Part shown: one piece after another, positions 1-8,446 of the stretch
How positions within the stretch are numbered: the first letter of the stretch is position 1
How the letters are laid out: every line of letters begins with the position of its first letter
Translations under genes and position numbers: made by a program
Source of the DNA: Thermodesulfobacteriota bacterium
GTDB lineage: Bacteria > Desulfobacterota > Desulfobulbia > Desulfobulbales > SURF-16
Reading direction: 5' to 3'
Assembly: GCA_040755455.1 (NCBI GenBank)
Contig: JBFMAY010000011.1
Coordinates: 15,341 to 79,340 of the forward strand
Length of the DNA stretch: 64,000 nt
Notes under the pieces: model-generated
Database searches by the model: none
What the model was told of the DNA's origin: nothing
What the model saw: the letters and a program-made list of their open reading frames with translations, nothing else

Positions 1-804
1 CGTCGCGACAACCCCATGATTGATGTCAACTGCGGCGGCATTCCGGAAACATTGCTGGAAAGCGAATTATTCGGTCATGTCAAAGGGGCCTTTACCGATG
101 CCTACCGGGTCAAAAAAGGCCTTTTTGAAGAGGCGGACGGCGGCACCCTGTTTCTCGATGAAATGGGGGAACTCCCCCTGTCCCTGCAGGTGAAACTGCT
201 GCGCGCCCTGCAGGAGGATGAAATCCGTCCTTTAGGCGACAGTAAAACCGTCAAGGTTGACGTCCGCATCATCACGGCCACGGCCAGAAACCTTGGCGAC
301 ATGGTCAACAAGGGGCTTTTCCGTGAAGATCTCTTTTACCGGATCAACGTCCTGACCATTGAGGTGCCGCCCCTGCGTGAGCGCCGGGAAGATATCCCGT
401 TGCTGGTTGAACATTTTGTGCAGAAATACAATATCCGCCTCGGGCTCGATATCAAGGAGGTCCACCCCGACTGCCTGCAGAGACTGATGAACTACGACTG
501 GCCCGGCAACGTCAGGGAACTGGAAAACGTGGTGGAAAGAAGCATGGTGCTGGCGGAGAAAGATGCACTGACCACCGAAATCCTTCCGCCTGAACTCTTG
601 CGGCAAAGCAGCAACGTAGCCCGCGATGATGTGTTTTTCTGGGACGAATTTTCCATCAAGACCAACAGCAAAAAGCTCGAAAGGCAGCTTATCACCAAGG
701 CCCTGGCGGAAACAAAGGGCAACAAAACCAAGGCCGCCACTCTGCTGGAAATAAGCCTTCCCGCCCTGTTATACAAGATTAAGGAATATAATGTTGAAAG
801 CTGA
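1..804 (+). CDS. sigma-54-dependent transcriptional activator (NtrC-family EBP), C-terminal part; the 5' end lies outside the window
   Basis: The frame is open from nt 1 ([26 protein letters not shown]). AAA+ sigma-54 interaction motifs are present: GAFTDA loop, [22 protein letters not shown]-terminal Fis-type HTH is present ([22 protein letters not shown]). Confidence 0.85.
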   Translation, partial: RRDNPMIDVNCGGIPETLLESELFGHVKGAFTDAYRVKKGLFEEADGGTLFLDEMGELPLSLQVKLLRALQEDEIRPLGDSKTVKVDVRIITATARNLGDMVNKGLFREDLFYRINVLTIEVPPLRERREDIPLLVEHFVQKYNIRLGLDIKEVHPDCLQRLMNYDWPGNVRELENVVERSMVLAEKDALTTEILPPELLRQSSNVARDDVFFWDEFSIKTNSKKLERQLITKALAETKGNKTKAATLLEISLPALLYKIKEYNVES

Positions 805-997
805 GGCGTTCTCCCCTTCAGCAGGGAGGAATAACCTTTCATAGCCACCAGGCAATTCCTAGCCAATCATCCCACCATAATTTATTTATCTTATTTTTTT
901 TCTTGACTTTTTTCTCTCTAAAAGCGAATTCTAGTTGACAAGCAGTTTGATTTTTAATAGTTTCTGCAATAACTAATAACTATTATCAATTAATAAT

Positions 998-1213
998 ATG
1001 CTTAAACACCTTCTTCATTTCTATGCCGACGGATTCCGTGCCATGAAAACAGGCCGTAAACTGTGGGCCATTATCTTCATCAAGCTTTTCATCATGTTCG
1101 CCATTCTCAAGGTCTTTTTTTTCCCCGATTATTTACAGACAAATTTTGCAAATGATGAGGAGAGGGCTGCCCATGTTTTCGATAACATCACCCAGCTCCC
1201 TCAAAACAAGTAA
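998..1213 (+). CDS. small membrane protein, DUF4492-like, leading the cydAB operon
   Basis: 71-aa ORF 14 nt upstream of cydA. It has one hydrophobic helix (LWAIIFIKLFIMFAILKVFFFP) and a YADGFRAMKTGRKLW motif that I recall from DUF4492 proteins preceding cydA. An AT-rich promoter-like region lies upstream. Confidence 0.6.
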   Translation: MLKHLLHFYADGFRAMKTGRKLWAIIFIKLFIMFAILKVFFFPDYLQTNFANDEERAAHVFDNITQLPQNK

Positions 1214-1227
1214 CAGCGGAGGTTATA

Positions 1228-2763
1228 ATGATTGAACAAATCGATCTTAGTCAGGTCAATTGGGCCCGGGCCCAGTTTGCTCTCACCGCCATGTACCATT
1301 GGATTTTTGTCCCGCTTACCCTGGGGCTGTCCTTTCTGGTGGCATTTTTTGAGAGTATTTACGTGCGCACGGGAAATGAAGAATGGAAACGGATCACCAA
1401 GTTCTGGATGACACTTTTCGGCATCAACTTTGCCATCGGCGTTGCCACCGGCATCATCATGGAATTTGAGTTCGGCACCAACTGGTCAAATTATTCCTGG
1501 ATGGTGGGCGATATCTTCGGTGCCCCGCTGGCGGTTGAGGGGATCTTTGCCTTTTTCCTGGAAGCCACCTTTTTTGCCGTGATGTTCTTCGGCTGGAACA
1601 GGGTTTCCAAAGGCTTTCATCTCTTCTCCACCTGGATGGTGGCCATCGGCTCCAACCTTTCCGCCCTGTGGATTCTGGTCGCCAACGGCTGGATGCAGTT
1701 TCCCACAGGCATGAAATTCAATCCGGACACGGCCCGCTTTGAAATGCACAATTTCTGGGAGGTGTTGTTCTCCCCGGTAGCCATCAGCAAGTTCACCCAT
1801 GCCACCAGTTCCGGCTTTCTGCTGGCCGCCCTTTTTGTGGTAGGGATCTCGTCCTGGTACCTGCTGAAGGATCGGCACCAGACCATGGCCAGGCGGAGCA
1901 TCATCGTCGCCGCGGTTTTCGGGCTGTTTTCCGCCGCCTATGTGGGCTTCACCGGTGACGAGGCCGCCTATACCGTGGCCCAGAAACAACCAATGAAACT
2001 CGCCGCCATGGAAGGGCTTTACGATGGTCAGACCAGCGCCCCTCTCGTTGCCTTAGGCCTGATCAACAGCGCCAAGGCCCCTGGCGACAACCAGCCACCT
2101 TTTGCCTTGGAAATCAAGATTCCCGGCCTGCTGTCACTGCTGGCCAACCGCGATCCCGGCTCCTTTGTCCCAGGCATCAATGATCTGGTATTCGGCAATA
2201 AGGAACACCACGTTATCGGCGCCGCGCAAAGAATTGAGAAGGGCAAAATAGCCCTGGAACTGCTGCGGACCTATAAGGAAGCCCGCAAAAACGGCGATCA
2301 GGCCGTTGCCGATACAGCACTGAAGGCCTTCGGCGACTATGAGAAAAACATGGGATACGGCTATCTGAACAATCCGTCCGAGGCGGTACCGCCGGTTGGT
2401 ATCACATTTTATGCCTTCCATGTCATGGTGGTGACAGGGGCGATCTTCCCGCTTGTATTTCTCCTCTTTCTCTTTTTTCAGATCAGAGGCACCCTGCCCT
2501 CGCAGCGCTGGCTGCTCAATCTCGGCATTCTGTGCATTCCCCTGGGATACATATCTCAGCAGGCCGGCTGGGTACTGGCCGAGGTCGGCCGTCAACCATG
2601 GGCCATCCATGGGCTGCTGCCGGTAACAGTGGCCAACTCGAACCTCACTACCGGCACCGTGCAGACCACTTTCTTTGTTTTTCTCGGCCTCTTCACCCTG
2701 TTGCTGATTGCCGAAATAAGTATCATGCTGAAACAGATCAATATCGGACCGGAGGAAAACTAA
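1228..2763 (+). CDS. cydA: cytochrome bd ubiquinol oxidase subunit I
   Basis: 511 aa, polytopic. Conserved CydA blocks include ARAQFALTAMYHWIFVPLTLG, GIIMEFEFGTNWS and EVGRQPWAIHGLLP (GRQPW motif). A Q-loop-like hydrophilic insert is present. Confidence 0.95.
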   Translation: MIEQIDLSQVNWARAQFALTAMYHWIFVPLTLGLSFLVAFFESIYVRTGNEEWKRITKFWMTLFGINFAIGVATGIIMEFEFGTNWSNYSWMVGDIFGAPLAVEGIFAFFLEATFFAVMFFGWNRVSKGFHLFSTWMVAIGSNLSALWILVANGWMQFPTGMKFNPDTARFEMHNFWEVLFSPVAISKFTHATSSGFLLAALFVVGISSWYLLKDRHQTMARRSIIVAAVFGLFSAAYVGFTGDEAAYTVAQKQPMKLAAMEGLYDGQTSAPLVALGLINSAKAPGDNQPPFALEIKIPGLLSLLANRDPGSFVPGINDLVFGNKEHHVIGAAQRIEKGKIALELLRTYKEARKNGDQAVADTALKAFGDYEKNMGYGYLNNPSEAVPPVGITFYAFHVMVVTGAIFPLVFLLFLFFQIRGTLPSQRWLLNLGILCIPLGYISQQAGWVLAEVGRQPWAIHGLLPVTVANSNLTTGTVQTTFFVFLGLFTLLLIAEISIMLKQINIGPEEN

Positions 2764-2764
2764 A

Positions 2765-3901
2765 ATGATCGGAAATCTTGATTATTCTATCCTGCAGCAC
2801 ATCTGGTGGATCATTGCCTCCCTGGTTGGCTCCCTCTTTCTTTTTCTCACCTTTGTCCAGGGCGGTCAGACCCTGCTTTTCACCGTTCCCCAGGGCGACG
2901 AGGAAAAATCGCTTATCATCAATTCCCTGGGCCGCAAATGGGAGTTGACCTTCACCACCCTGGTGCTTTTCGGCGGCGCTCTTTTTGCCGCTTTTCCCAA
3001 ATTTTACGCCACCAGCTTCGGCGGCGCCTACTGGGTGTGGATGCTGATCCTTTTCACCTTCATCATTCAGGCCGTCAGCTACGAATACCGCAAAAAACCG
3101 CAGAATTTTCTCGGCTCCACCACCTATGAGGCCTTTCTGTTCATCAATGGCAGTGTCGGTATTCTGCTTATCGGCGCAGCGGTCGGCACCTTTTTCACCG
3201 GTTCAAGCTTCTCGCTCAACGATTACAACCAGGTCACCTGGCAGACGCCATACCGGGGCCTCGAAGCGGCGAAAAATCTTTTCAATCTTTCCCTCGGCCT
3301 TTTTCTGGTTTTCAATGCCAGAGTGCTGGGCGCCATGTACCTGATCAACAACATTGACCACCAGCCGCTGACCGACCGCTGCCGGAAATCGGCCTGGAAG
3401 AGTTTTCTCTGGTCCCTGCCCTTCCTGCTCTATGTACTAATCAACCTGCTGGTTATGCAAGGTTACGCCCGCAACCCGGAAACCGGGGAGATCTTCCTGC
3501 AGAACGGCAAGTACTTGCAAAACCTGTTCGGCTGTCCCGTCACCCTGGTGCTGCTGCTGCTCGGTCTGCTGCTTGTTATTTACGCGGTGGCCGTCACCAG
3601 TTTCAAGGGTAAAAACAACGGCATCTGGTACGGAGGTATCGGCACCGTCCTGGTCGGTCTGTCCGTTTTTTTCCTGGCCGGCTTCAACAATACGGCCTTT
3701 TACCCGTCAAGCTTTGATCTGCAAAGCAGTCTGACCATCTACAATGCATCGAGCAGCCATTATACGCTGACCGCCATGACCTATGTGGCCCTGGCGGTAC
3801 CCTTTGTCGTTGCCTATATTGCCTATGTGTGGAGACAGATGGACAGCAAGCGGCTCACCATTGCCGAGCTGAAAAGCGAAAATGCGGATGAGATGTATTA
3901 A
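2765..3901 (+). CDS. cydB: cytochrome bd ubiquinol oxidase subunit II
   Basis: 378 aa, starting 2 nt after the cydA stop. It is polytopic, with a typical CydB N-terminus (LQHIWWIIASLVGSLFLFLTFVQGGQTL). Confidence 0.95.
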   Translation: MIGNLDYSILQHIWWIIASLVGSLFLFLTFVQGGQTLLFTVPQGDEEKSLIINSLGRKWELTFTTLVLFGGALFAAFPKFYATSFGGAYWVWMLILFTFIIQAVSYEYRKKPQNFLGSTTYEAFLFINGSVGILLIGAAVGTFFTGSSFSLNDYNQVTWQTPYRGLEAAKNLFNLSLGLFLVFNARVLGAMYLINNIDHQPLTDRCRKSAWKSFLWSLPFLLYVLINLLVMQGYARNPETGEIFLQNGKYLQNLFGCPVTLVLLLLGLLLVIYAVAVTSFKGKNNGIWYGGIGTVLVGLSVFFLAGFNNTAFYPSSFDLQSSLTIYNASSSHYTLTAMTYVALAVPFVVAYIAYVWRQMDSKRLTIAELKSENADEMY

Positions 3902-4069
3902 TTCTAATTCGCTTTCAAGTTGAGACTAATAATTTGCATTATTCACCATAATTAAAAAACATTTATCGTTTGAATCAGCTCATCTTGAAAGCTTAATGGA
4001 ATAATAAGCACCCATGTCAGGGATCATGCACGAAGAAATGACGCACTTTATCCATAAAGGAGAATAACG

Positions 4070-4162
4070 ATGCCCGCCATCCTCATATTAAGCTGGATTG
4101 CCCTCCTCACTTTTTCATACCTGGGGGCAATTATCATGCTGAAACTCACTGATAATTTATAA
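4070..4162 (+). CDS. 30-aa single-TM peptide (MPAILILSWIALLTFSYLGAIIMLKLTDNL); candidate cytochrome bd small subunit (CydX/AppX/CydS-like)
   Basis: Not in the ORF track because it is under 60 aa. An AAGGAG Shine-Dalgarno sequence ends 7 nt before the ATG. It has one hydrophobic helix, lies about 170 nt downstream of cydB on the same strand, and its stop codon was verified by hand. Confidence 0.35.
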   Translation: MPAILILSWIALLTFSYLGAIIMLKLTDNL

Positions 4163-4258
4163 AACAACCTTCACCTACGGCGCGGGGAAATGCCGCAGAC
4201 AACGCATTTCTCCGCCCCACAGCCTGGTGGAACTGTCCAGGCTGCCGGAGAAAAAAAC

Positions 4259-4927
4259 ATGGCTGTCCTGATTAACTTTACTGAAAAAGATATGGTCGAG
4301 CAGATGGCCATCCTCGATGATATTCAAGCAGCAGGGCAACACGAGGCGATTCCGGAGCTGTTTGATTTGCTGGCCGCCAAAAAATGCGAGCAGGCCACCC
4401 ATGAGATGATCTACCATACTCTTTTCAGCCTGATGAAAAATGACGCGGCAAGCATCAGGGCCGGCATCCTCCACCCCTCCTACCGCGTCAAACTGCTGAG
4501 CATCAGGCGCTGCAGGAAATCAGGCGCTGTTGCCGCGGTGCCGGAACTGATTCAGGTATTGCGCGCCAGCAATGATATGGTGGTTACCGGGGAGATCATC
4601 ATGACCCTGGGCTCCTTCAAGGACCCGGCCCTGATCGATATCCTGTGCCCGTATCTCTTTCATCCGGACCCCACCGTTCTCTCCTGGACCATGGCCGCCT
4701 TATCCGGCATAGAAAACGAAGAAATCAGGGGAATCCTGCAGGACTTGATCAGCAGTGATGAAAACCTCGATTTCCCGGACCGGAAGTGCAACCTGTCGAC
4801 CATGCTGGCCGTGGAGAATCTGGGAAAACTCAACGACGATGCCAGCAGAAGCTTTCTCCTCTCGCACCGCGACCACCCTCATCCCCTTTTGCGCAAGGCC
4901 GTTGCCAAGGCCCTGCACCTCTCATAA
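4259..4927 (+). CDS. HEAT/PBS-lyase-like repeat protein
   Basis: Repeated about-30-aa helical units (AIPELFDLLAAKK, AVPELIQVLRASND, LIDILCPYLFHPDPTV, HPHPLLRKAVAKAL). The start is chosen at the ATG preceded by GGAG; the track ORF begins at 4190. Confidence 0.6.
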   Translation: MAVLINFTEKDMVEQMAILDDIQAAGQHEAIPELFDLLAAKKCEQATHEMIYHTLFSLMKNDAASIRAGILHPSYRVKLLSIRRCRKSGAVAAVPELIQVLRASNDMVVTGEIIMTLGSFKDPALIDILCPYLFHPDPTVLSWTMAALSGIENEEIRGILQDLISSDENLDFPDRKCNLSTMLAVENLGKLNDDASRSFLLSHRDHPHPLLRKAVAKALHLS

Positions 4928-6247
4928 TCTGGCCCGCACCTCGTCGGCTTTCTGCCTCTCGCCCATATCCTCATAGAGAGCCAGCAGCTCTTCCAGAACC
5001 CGCGGGTCGTCGCCATTTTTTTCCAAAAGCTGCCGGCAGCATTTCTCCGCCTCAGCAAAGTCCTTTTTGTGCCGGTACGCCTTGGCCATGCCGAGCAGGG
5101 CAAACTGGTCAAAGCCGATCTTCATGCTCAGCTCATAATGGACCAGAGCGTCATCCAGCCTGCCCAGAATGACCAGCGCATCCCCAACCCGCGAATGGAG
5201 ATTCTGGTTGTGGGGTTCCTTTTCCAGAATCTTCAGCCAGTAACCGATGGAATTGTCATAGTTCTGCAACCCCCGCTGCGAGTCGCCCATGCCGTACAGG
5301 GCAAAAATATTCCACGGCTCCTGCTTCAGGGCCTTTTCATAAAAGTAGGCCGCCTTTTCATACTGCTTGCGGCGGCGATAGATATTGCCGGCCATGGTGA
5401 GCACGGCTATGTAGGTATCATCAAGCTCGATGAATTTCTCAAAATAGGCCAGGGCTTTATCGTGATCCGCCAGCTTATAATAGAGATTGCCGATGCCGCG
5501 CAGGGCGTATTTATCGGTGCCGTCCAGGGACAGGGCTTTGAGGTAAAGGACCTCGGATTCGGAAAAATTGCCTATCTTCACGTAGGAATCGGCAAGCCTG
5601 GTGAGAACATGGATATCATCATGGTTCTGCTGCAGGTAGCGCTGCCAGAAGGAAATGGCCTTGCCTGCCTGGCCAAGACCTCGATAGGCATCGCCGACCC
5701 CGCGCAGGGCGAACATATTCATCGGATCGATTTCCAGGGTCTTTTCATAAAAACCGATGGCCTTATGATATTTACCCGTTTCCCGATGCAGGTCACCTAG
5801 CCCGACCAGCACGTACGAGTTCTCACCGTCAATGGCCAGGGCTTCCAGAAAGGCGCTTTCCGCCTCCTTCCAGCACCTTTTCTTCAAGAATTCCGAGCCC
5901 TGCCGGGAAAGTTCGATGGCCCTCTTATGGTCAGACTGCATGTTGCCCTTGGCCCACTGCAGATACTCGGCCATCACATGCTCCGCCTCAATGGTGATCC
6001 ACTGCGGCAGCTCATAGGGATGCTTTTCCTTGAGCCATATTTCGAGCTTGCCGGCATTCTTGGCAAGAAACTTGAAGGTGACACGGTACTCTTCGTCACT
6101 CTCCAGATTATCCTGCCACAGATAAAACGAGCGGATCGGCCCGTCTATCTGGACACAGGCAGCCAGACGTTCGCTCACCGCCTCCCTGGCCAGCTTTTCC
6201 GCGTCTTCAAAGGAAGAAATTGTTGTCCATCCGATATACATCATCAT
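4922..6247 (-). CDS. CutA1 (divalent-cation tolerance, PII-like fold) domain fused to a long TPR array
   Basis: The N-terminal about 100 aa align with CutA (ERLAACVQIDGPIRSFYLWQDNLESDEEYRVTFK, KHPYELPQWITIE). The remainder is about 9-10 TPR units (repeated A..Y.KAL..DP patterns). Confidence 0.75.
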   Translation of the reverse strand: MMMYIGWTTISSFEDAEKLAREAVSERLAACVQIDGPIRSFYLWQDNLESDEEYRVTFKFLAKNAGKLEIWLKEKHPYELPQWITIEAEHVMAEYLQWAKGNMQSDHKRAIELSRQGSEFLKKRCWKEAESAFLEALAIDGENSYVLVGLGDLHRETGKYHKAIGFYEKTLEIDPMNMFALRGVGDAYRGLGQAGKAISFWQRYLQQNHDDIHVLTRLADSYVKIGNFSESEVLYLKALSLDGTDKYALRGIGNLYYKLADHDKALAYFEKFIELDDTYIAVLTMAGNIYRRRKQYEKAAYFYEKALKQEPWNIFALYGMGDSQRGLQNYDNSIGYWLKILEKEPHNQNLHSRVGDALVILGRLDDALVHYELSMKIGFDQFALLGMAKAYRHKKDFAEAEKCCRQLLEKNGDDPRVLEELLALYEDMGERQKADEVRARL

Positions 6248-6255
6248 TTCGTGGC

Positions 6256-7737
6256 CTACTCTTTTTTGCGTTTCATCTCAATTGTCTGTTGGGCGAAATC
6301 GCGCAACTTTCTCACATACTTCACCTGATCATTATCAAGAATCGGCTTCTCCTTGCTTCTGTCCAGATAAAGAAGAGCAATCCCCTTTTCCTGCAAACAG
6401 ACAGGGAAGAGATATACCGTGCGATTCTGCACGAGAAACTGCAGTGCATCAGGCAGGGTATCAACTTTATCCGGCGCAAGGGCAATGTCCTTACACATTG
6501 TCAAAGATTTCTGCAACAGATTCGGACTGGTCCGGGAAAGCGCCACCCGGAATTTTTTCAGCTGTTCAGGGTCAATATCGCCGCGCCCCAGCTGGCCGAC
6601 CAGCACTTTACTGTCGCCCTGGGTCTGCAGCATGGCAAAAACAGCCCGGTCCAGACCTACGCCCAAATAAAGGGCATCGAGCAAAAGGGGAAAAAAATCA
6701 TTGAGACGAAAAGTCCCCTTTACCATCTCATTGATTTCTTTCCAGAAATCATCAATGCTTTTACCAAGCATGGCGGATGACTCCGCCACACTGCTGGCCT
6801 GAATTTCCTCGAGCCTTTTCCGGAAATCAAATTTGAGGATCCCGGGCCGGATCGAATCAAAAATTGCCTCCGAGGCCTGGGTTGCGACAACCAGCAGATC
6901 AACGGCCTCTTCTTCATCCAGGGAAAGAGGAAAGCCGTATTTTGCCATCAGTGGCTCGATATGCTGCTGAAACCACAGACAGTCCACATATCGATTACTG
7001 AAATCGACAATAGCGTGCAGATATTTTTCAACATCACCACCCTCTTCCGGCACTTCCGGGTCCGGTTCCATACATCTTATCACACTTTCCGTCATATTCC
7101 AGAAAATAGCAACCTCCCGGCCGACCCCGGCATAGGTCAGCCCATCGAGGACAGACATTGCCGCCTCATCTTCCGAAACCCCTTGTCCCACCTTTTCTTT
7201 GATGGAACCGTATATGACGGGCAGATAGATGCAGGCAATGATTTTACCGAGATTACGCATGAGACCGCAGATAAAAGCCTCTTCCGGTAGCACCTTCAGA
7301 TAACGGGACTCAGCTATGCTGCGGGCAAGCAAGGCGGCCAGAAATGACCGGCCAAGCAGTTCGCTGATCTCCTCGGTATTGACCCCGGCCTGAATGAAAT
7401 CATCAAAAAGAGCGATACCGATGGCAAGGTCCCGCACTGTATCAAAGCCAAGCACCGCCACCGCCATGGAAACGGTGGAAACCTTCTGGCCAAGGGCATA
7501 ATAGGCCGAGTTGGCAAACTGCAGAACCTTATGGGTGAGGGAAAAATCCTTGAGGATGATCTTGGCCAGATCTTCATAATTCGCGGTGGTCTTGCTGCTG
7601 GTAAGGGCGAGCAGCTCCTGCACATGGACAGACATGGCGGGAAGTTCGCTCATGTTTATTTTGGCGAAGACATCGGCCAGTTTTCCTTTTGAATGCAGGC
7701 TGCTGTCGGTCATGAAATAAATATTTCTCTTTGGCAA
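6256..7737 (-). CDS. HDOD domain signalling protein with a C-terminal GAF-like region
   Basis: HDOD signature region: LPAMSVHVQELLAL...ILKDFSLTHKVLQFANSAYYALGQKVSTVSMAVAVLGFDTVRDLA. The C-terminal half looks like a sensory alpha/beta domain. Confidence 0.75.
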   Translation of the reverse strand: MPKRNIYFMTDSSLHSKGKLADVFAKINMSELPAMSVHVQELLALTSSKTTANYEDLAKIILKDFSLTHKVLQFANSAYYALGQKVSTVSMAVAVLGFDTVRDLAIGIALFDDFIQAGVNTEEISELLGRSFLAALLARSIAESRYLKVLPEEAFICGLMRNLGKIIACIYLPVIYGSIKEKVGQGVSEDEAAMSVLDGLTYAGVGREVAIFWNMTESVIRCMEPDPEVPEEGGDVEKYLHAIVDFSNRYVDCLWFQQHIEPLMAKYGFPLSLDEEEAVDLLVVATQASEAIFDSIRPGILKFDFRKRLEEIQASSVAESSAMLGKSIDDFWKEINEMVKGTFRLNDFFPLLLDALYLGVGLDRAVFAMLQTQGDSKVLVGQLGRGDIDPEQLKKFRVALSRTSPNLLQKSLTMCKDIALAPDKVDTLPDALQFLVQNRTVYLFPVCLQEKGIALLYLDRSKEKPILDNDQVKYVRKLRDFAQQTIEMKRKKE

Positions 7738-8446
7738 TTTATCAGGAGTTCAAACTTTTTCATGGCAGACAGGGATATTGCGGGCAAAGAGCTGCTGTCT
7801 GCCTCAAGCGTTGCGGCAAACGGACAAACTCCGCCCGCGAGTATGCCATAATGTTGGCAGGCTATAACATGGCCCCGCGCAGGTGATGTCATTTACCAAA
7901 AAAAAAGGTTACAGCCGATATTGCTGCAACCCTTGACTTTGCGGAGCCCCGGCATCGGCACGCCATCACAACTTTTTGCTTTACCGGAACAATGAATCAT
8001 GATTTTTCGCAATGCCCCTCAAAGCCCCCCGGAATCGGAGGCTGCCGTTACAGGACGACTTTTTACTCAAGGGACTTAGAAGTTATAAAAGTACCGTTTA
8101 TCTGTGCCGTCATGCCAGCATGATTCTAGCTGGCAGCCAGCGTAGATCCTCCCGGACTTGATCCGGGATCTACCGGAATAACGATGGTTTCGAGACTCGG
8201 TTAACGGCACATCAACAATTGCTGAGCACCTAATTTTTTTTTCAAATGGCTTTTCAATTTCCCAGCTGCTACCTCTGCCTGGAAAATAACTAAAAAAGAC
8301 CAGATAAGGCAATGGTTTTTTCTCGCACCATGCCGATAATCTTTTGATTAATCTCAATTAAATGGAGATGGATGATTTCCCCCGGCGATTGACGATATTC
8401 TACCTGATTGTATCTGTCAGCAACACAGTTATTTTTGTACTGTTCG

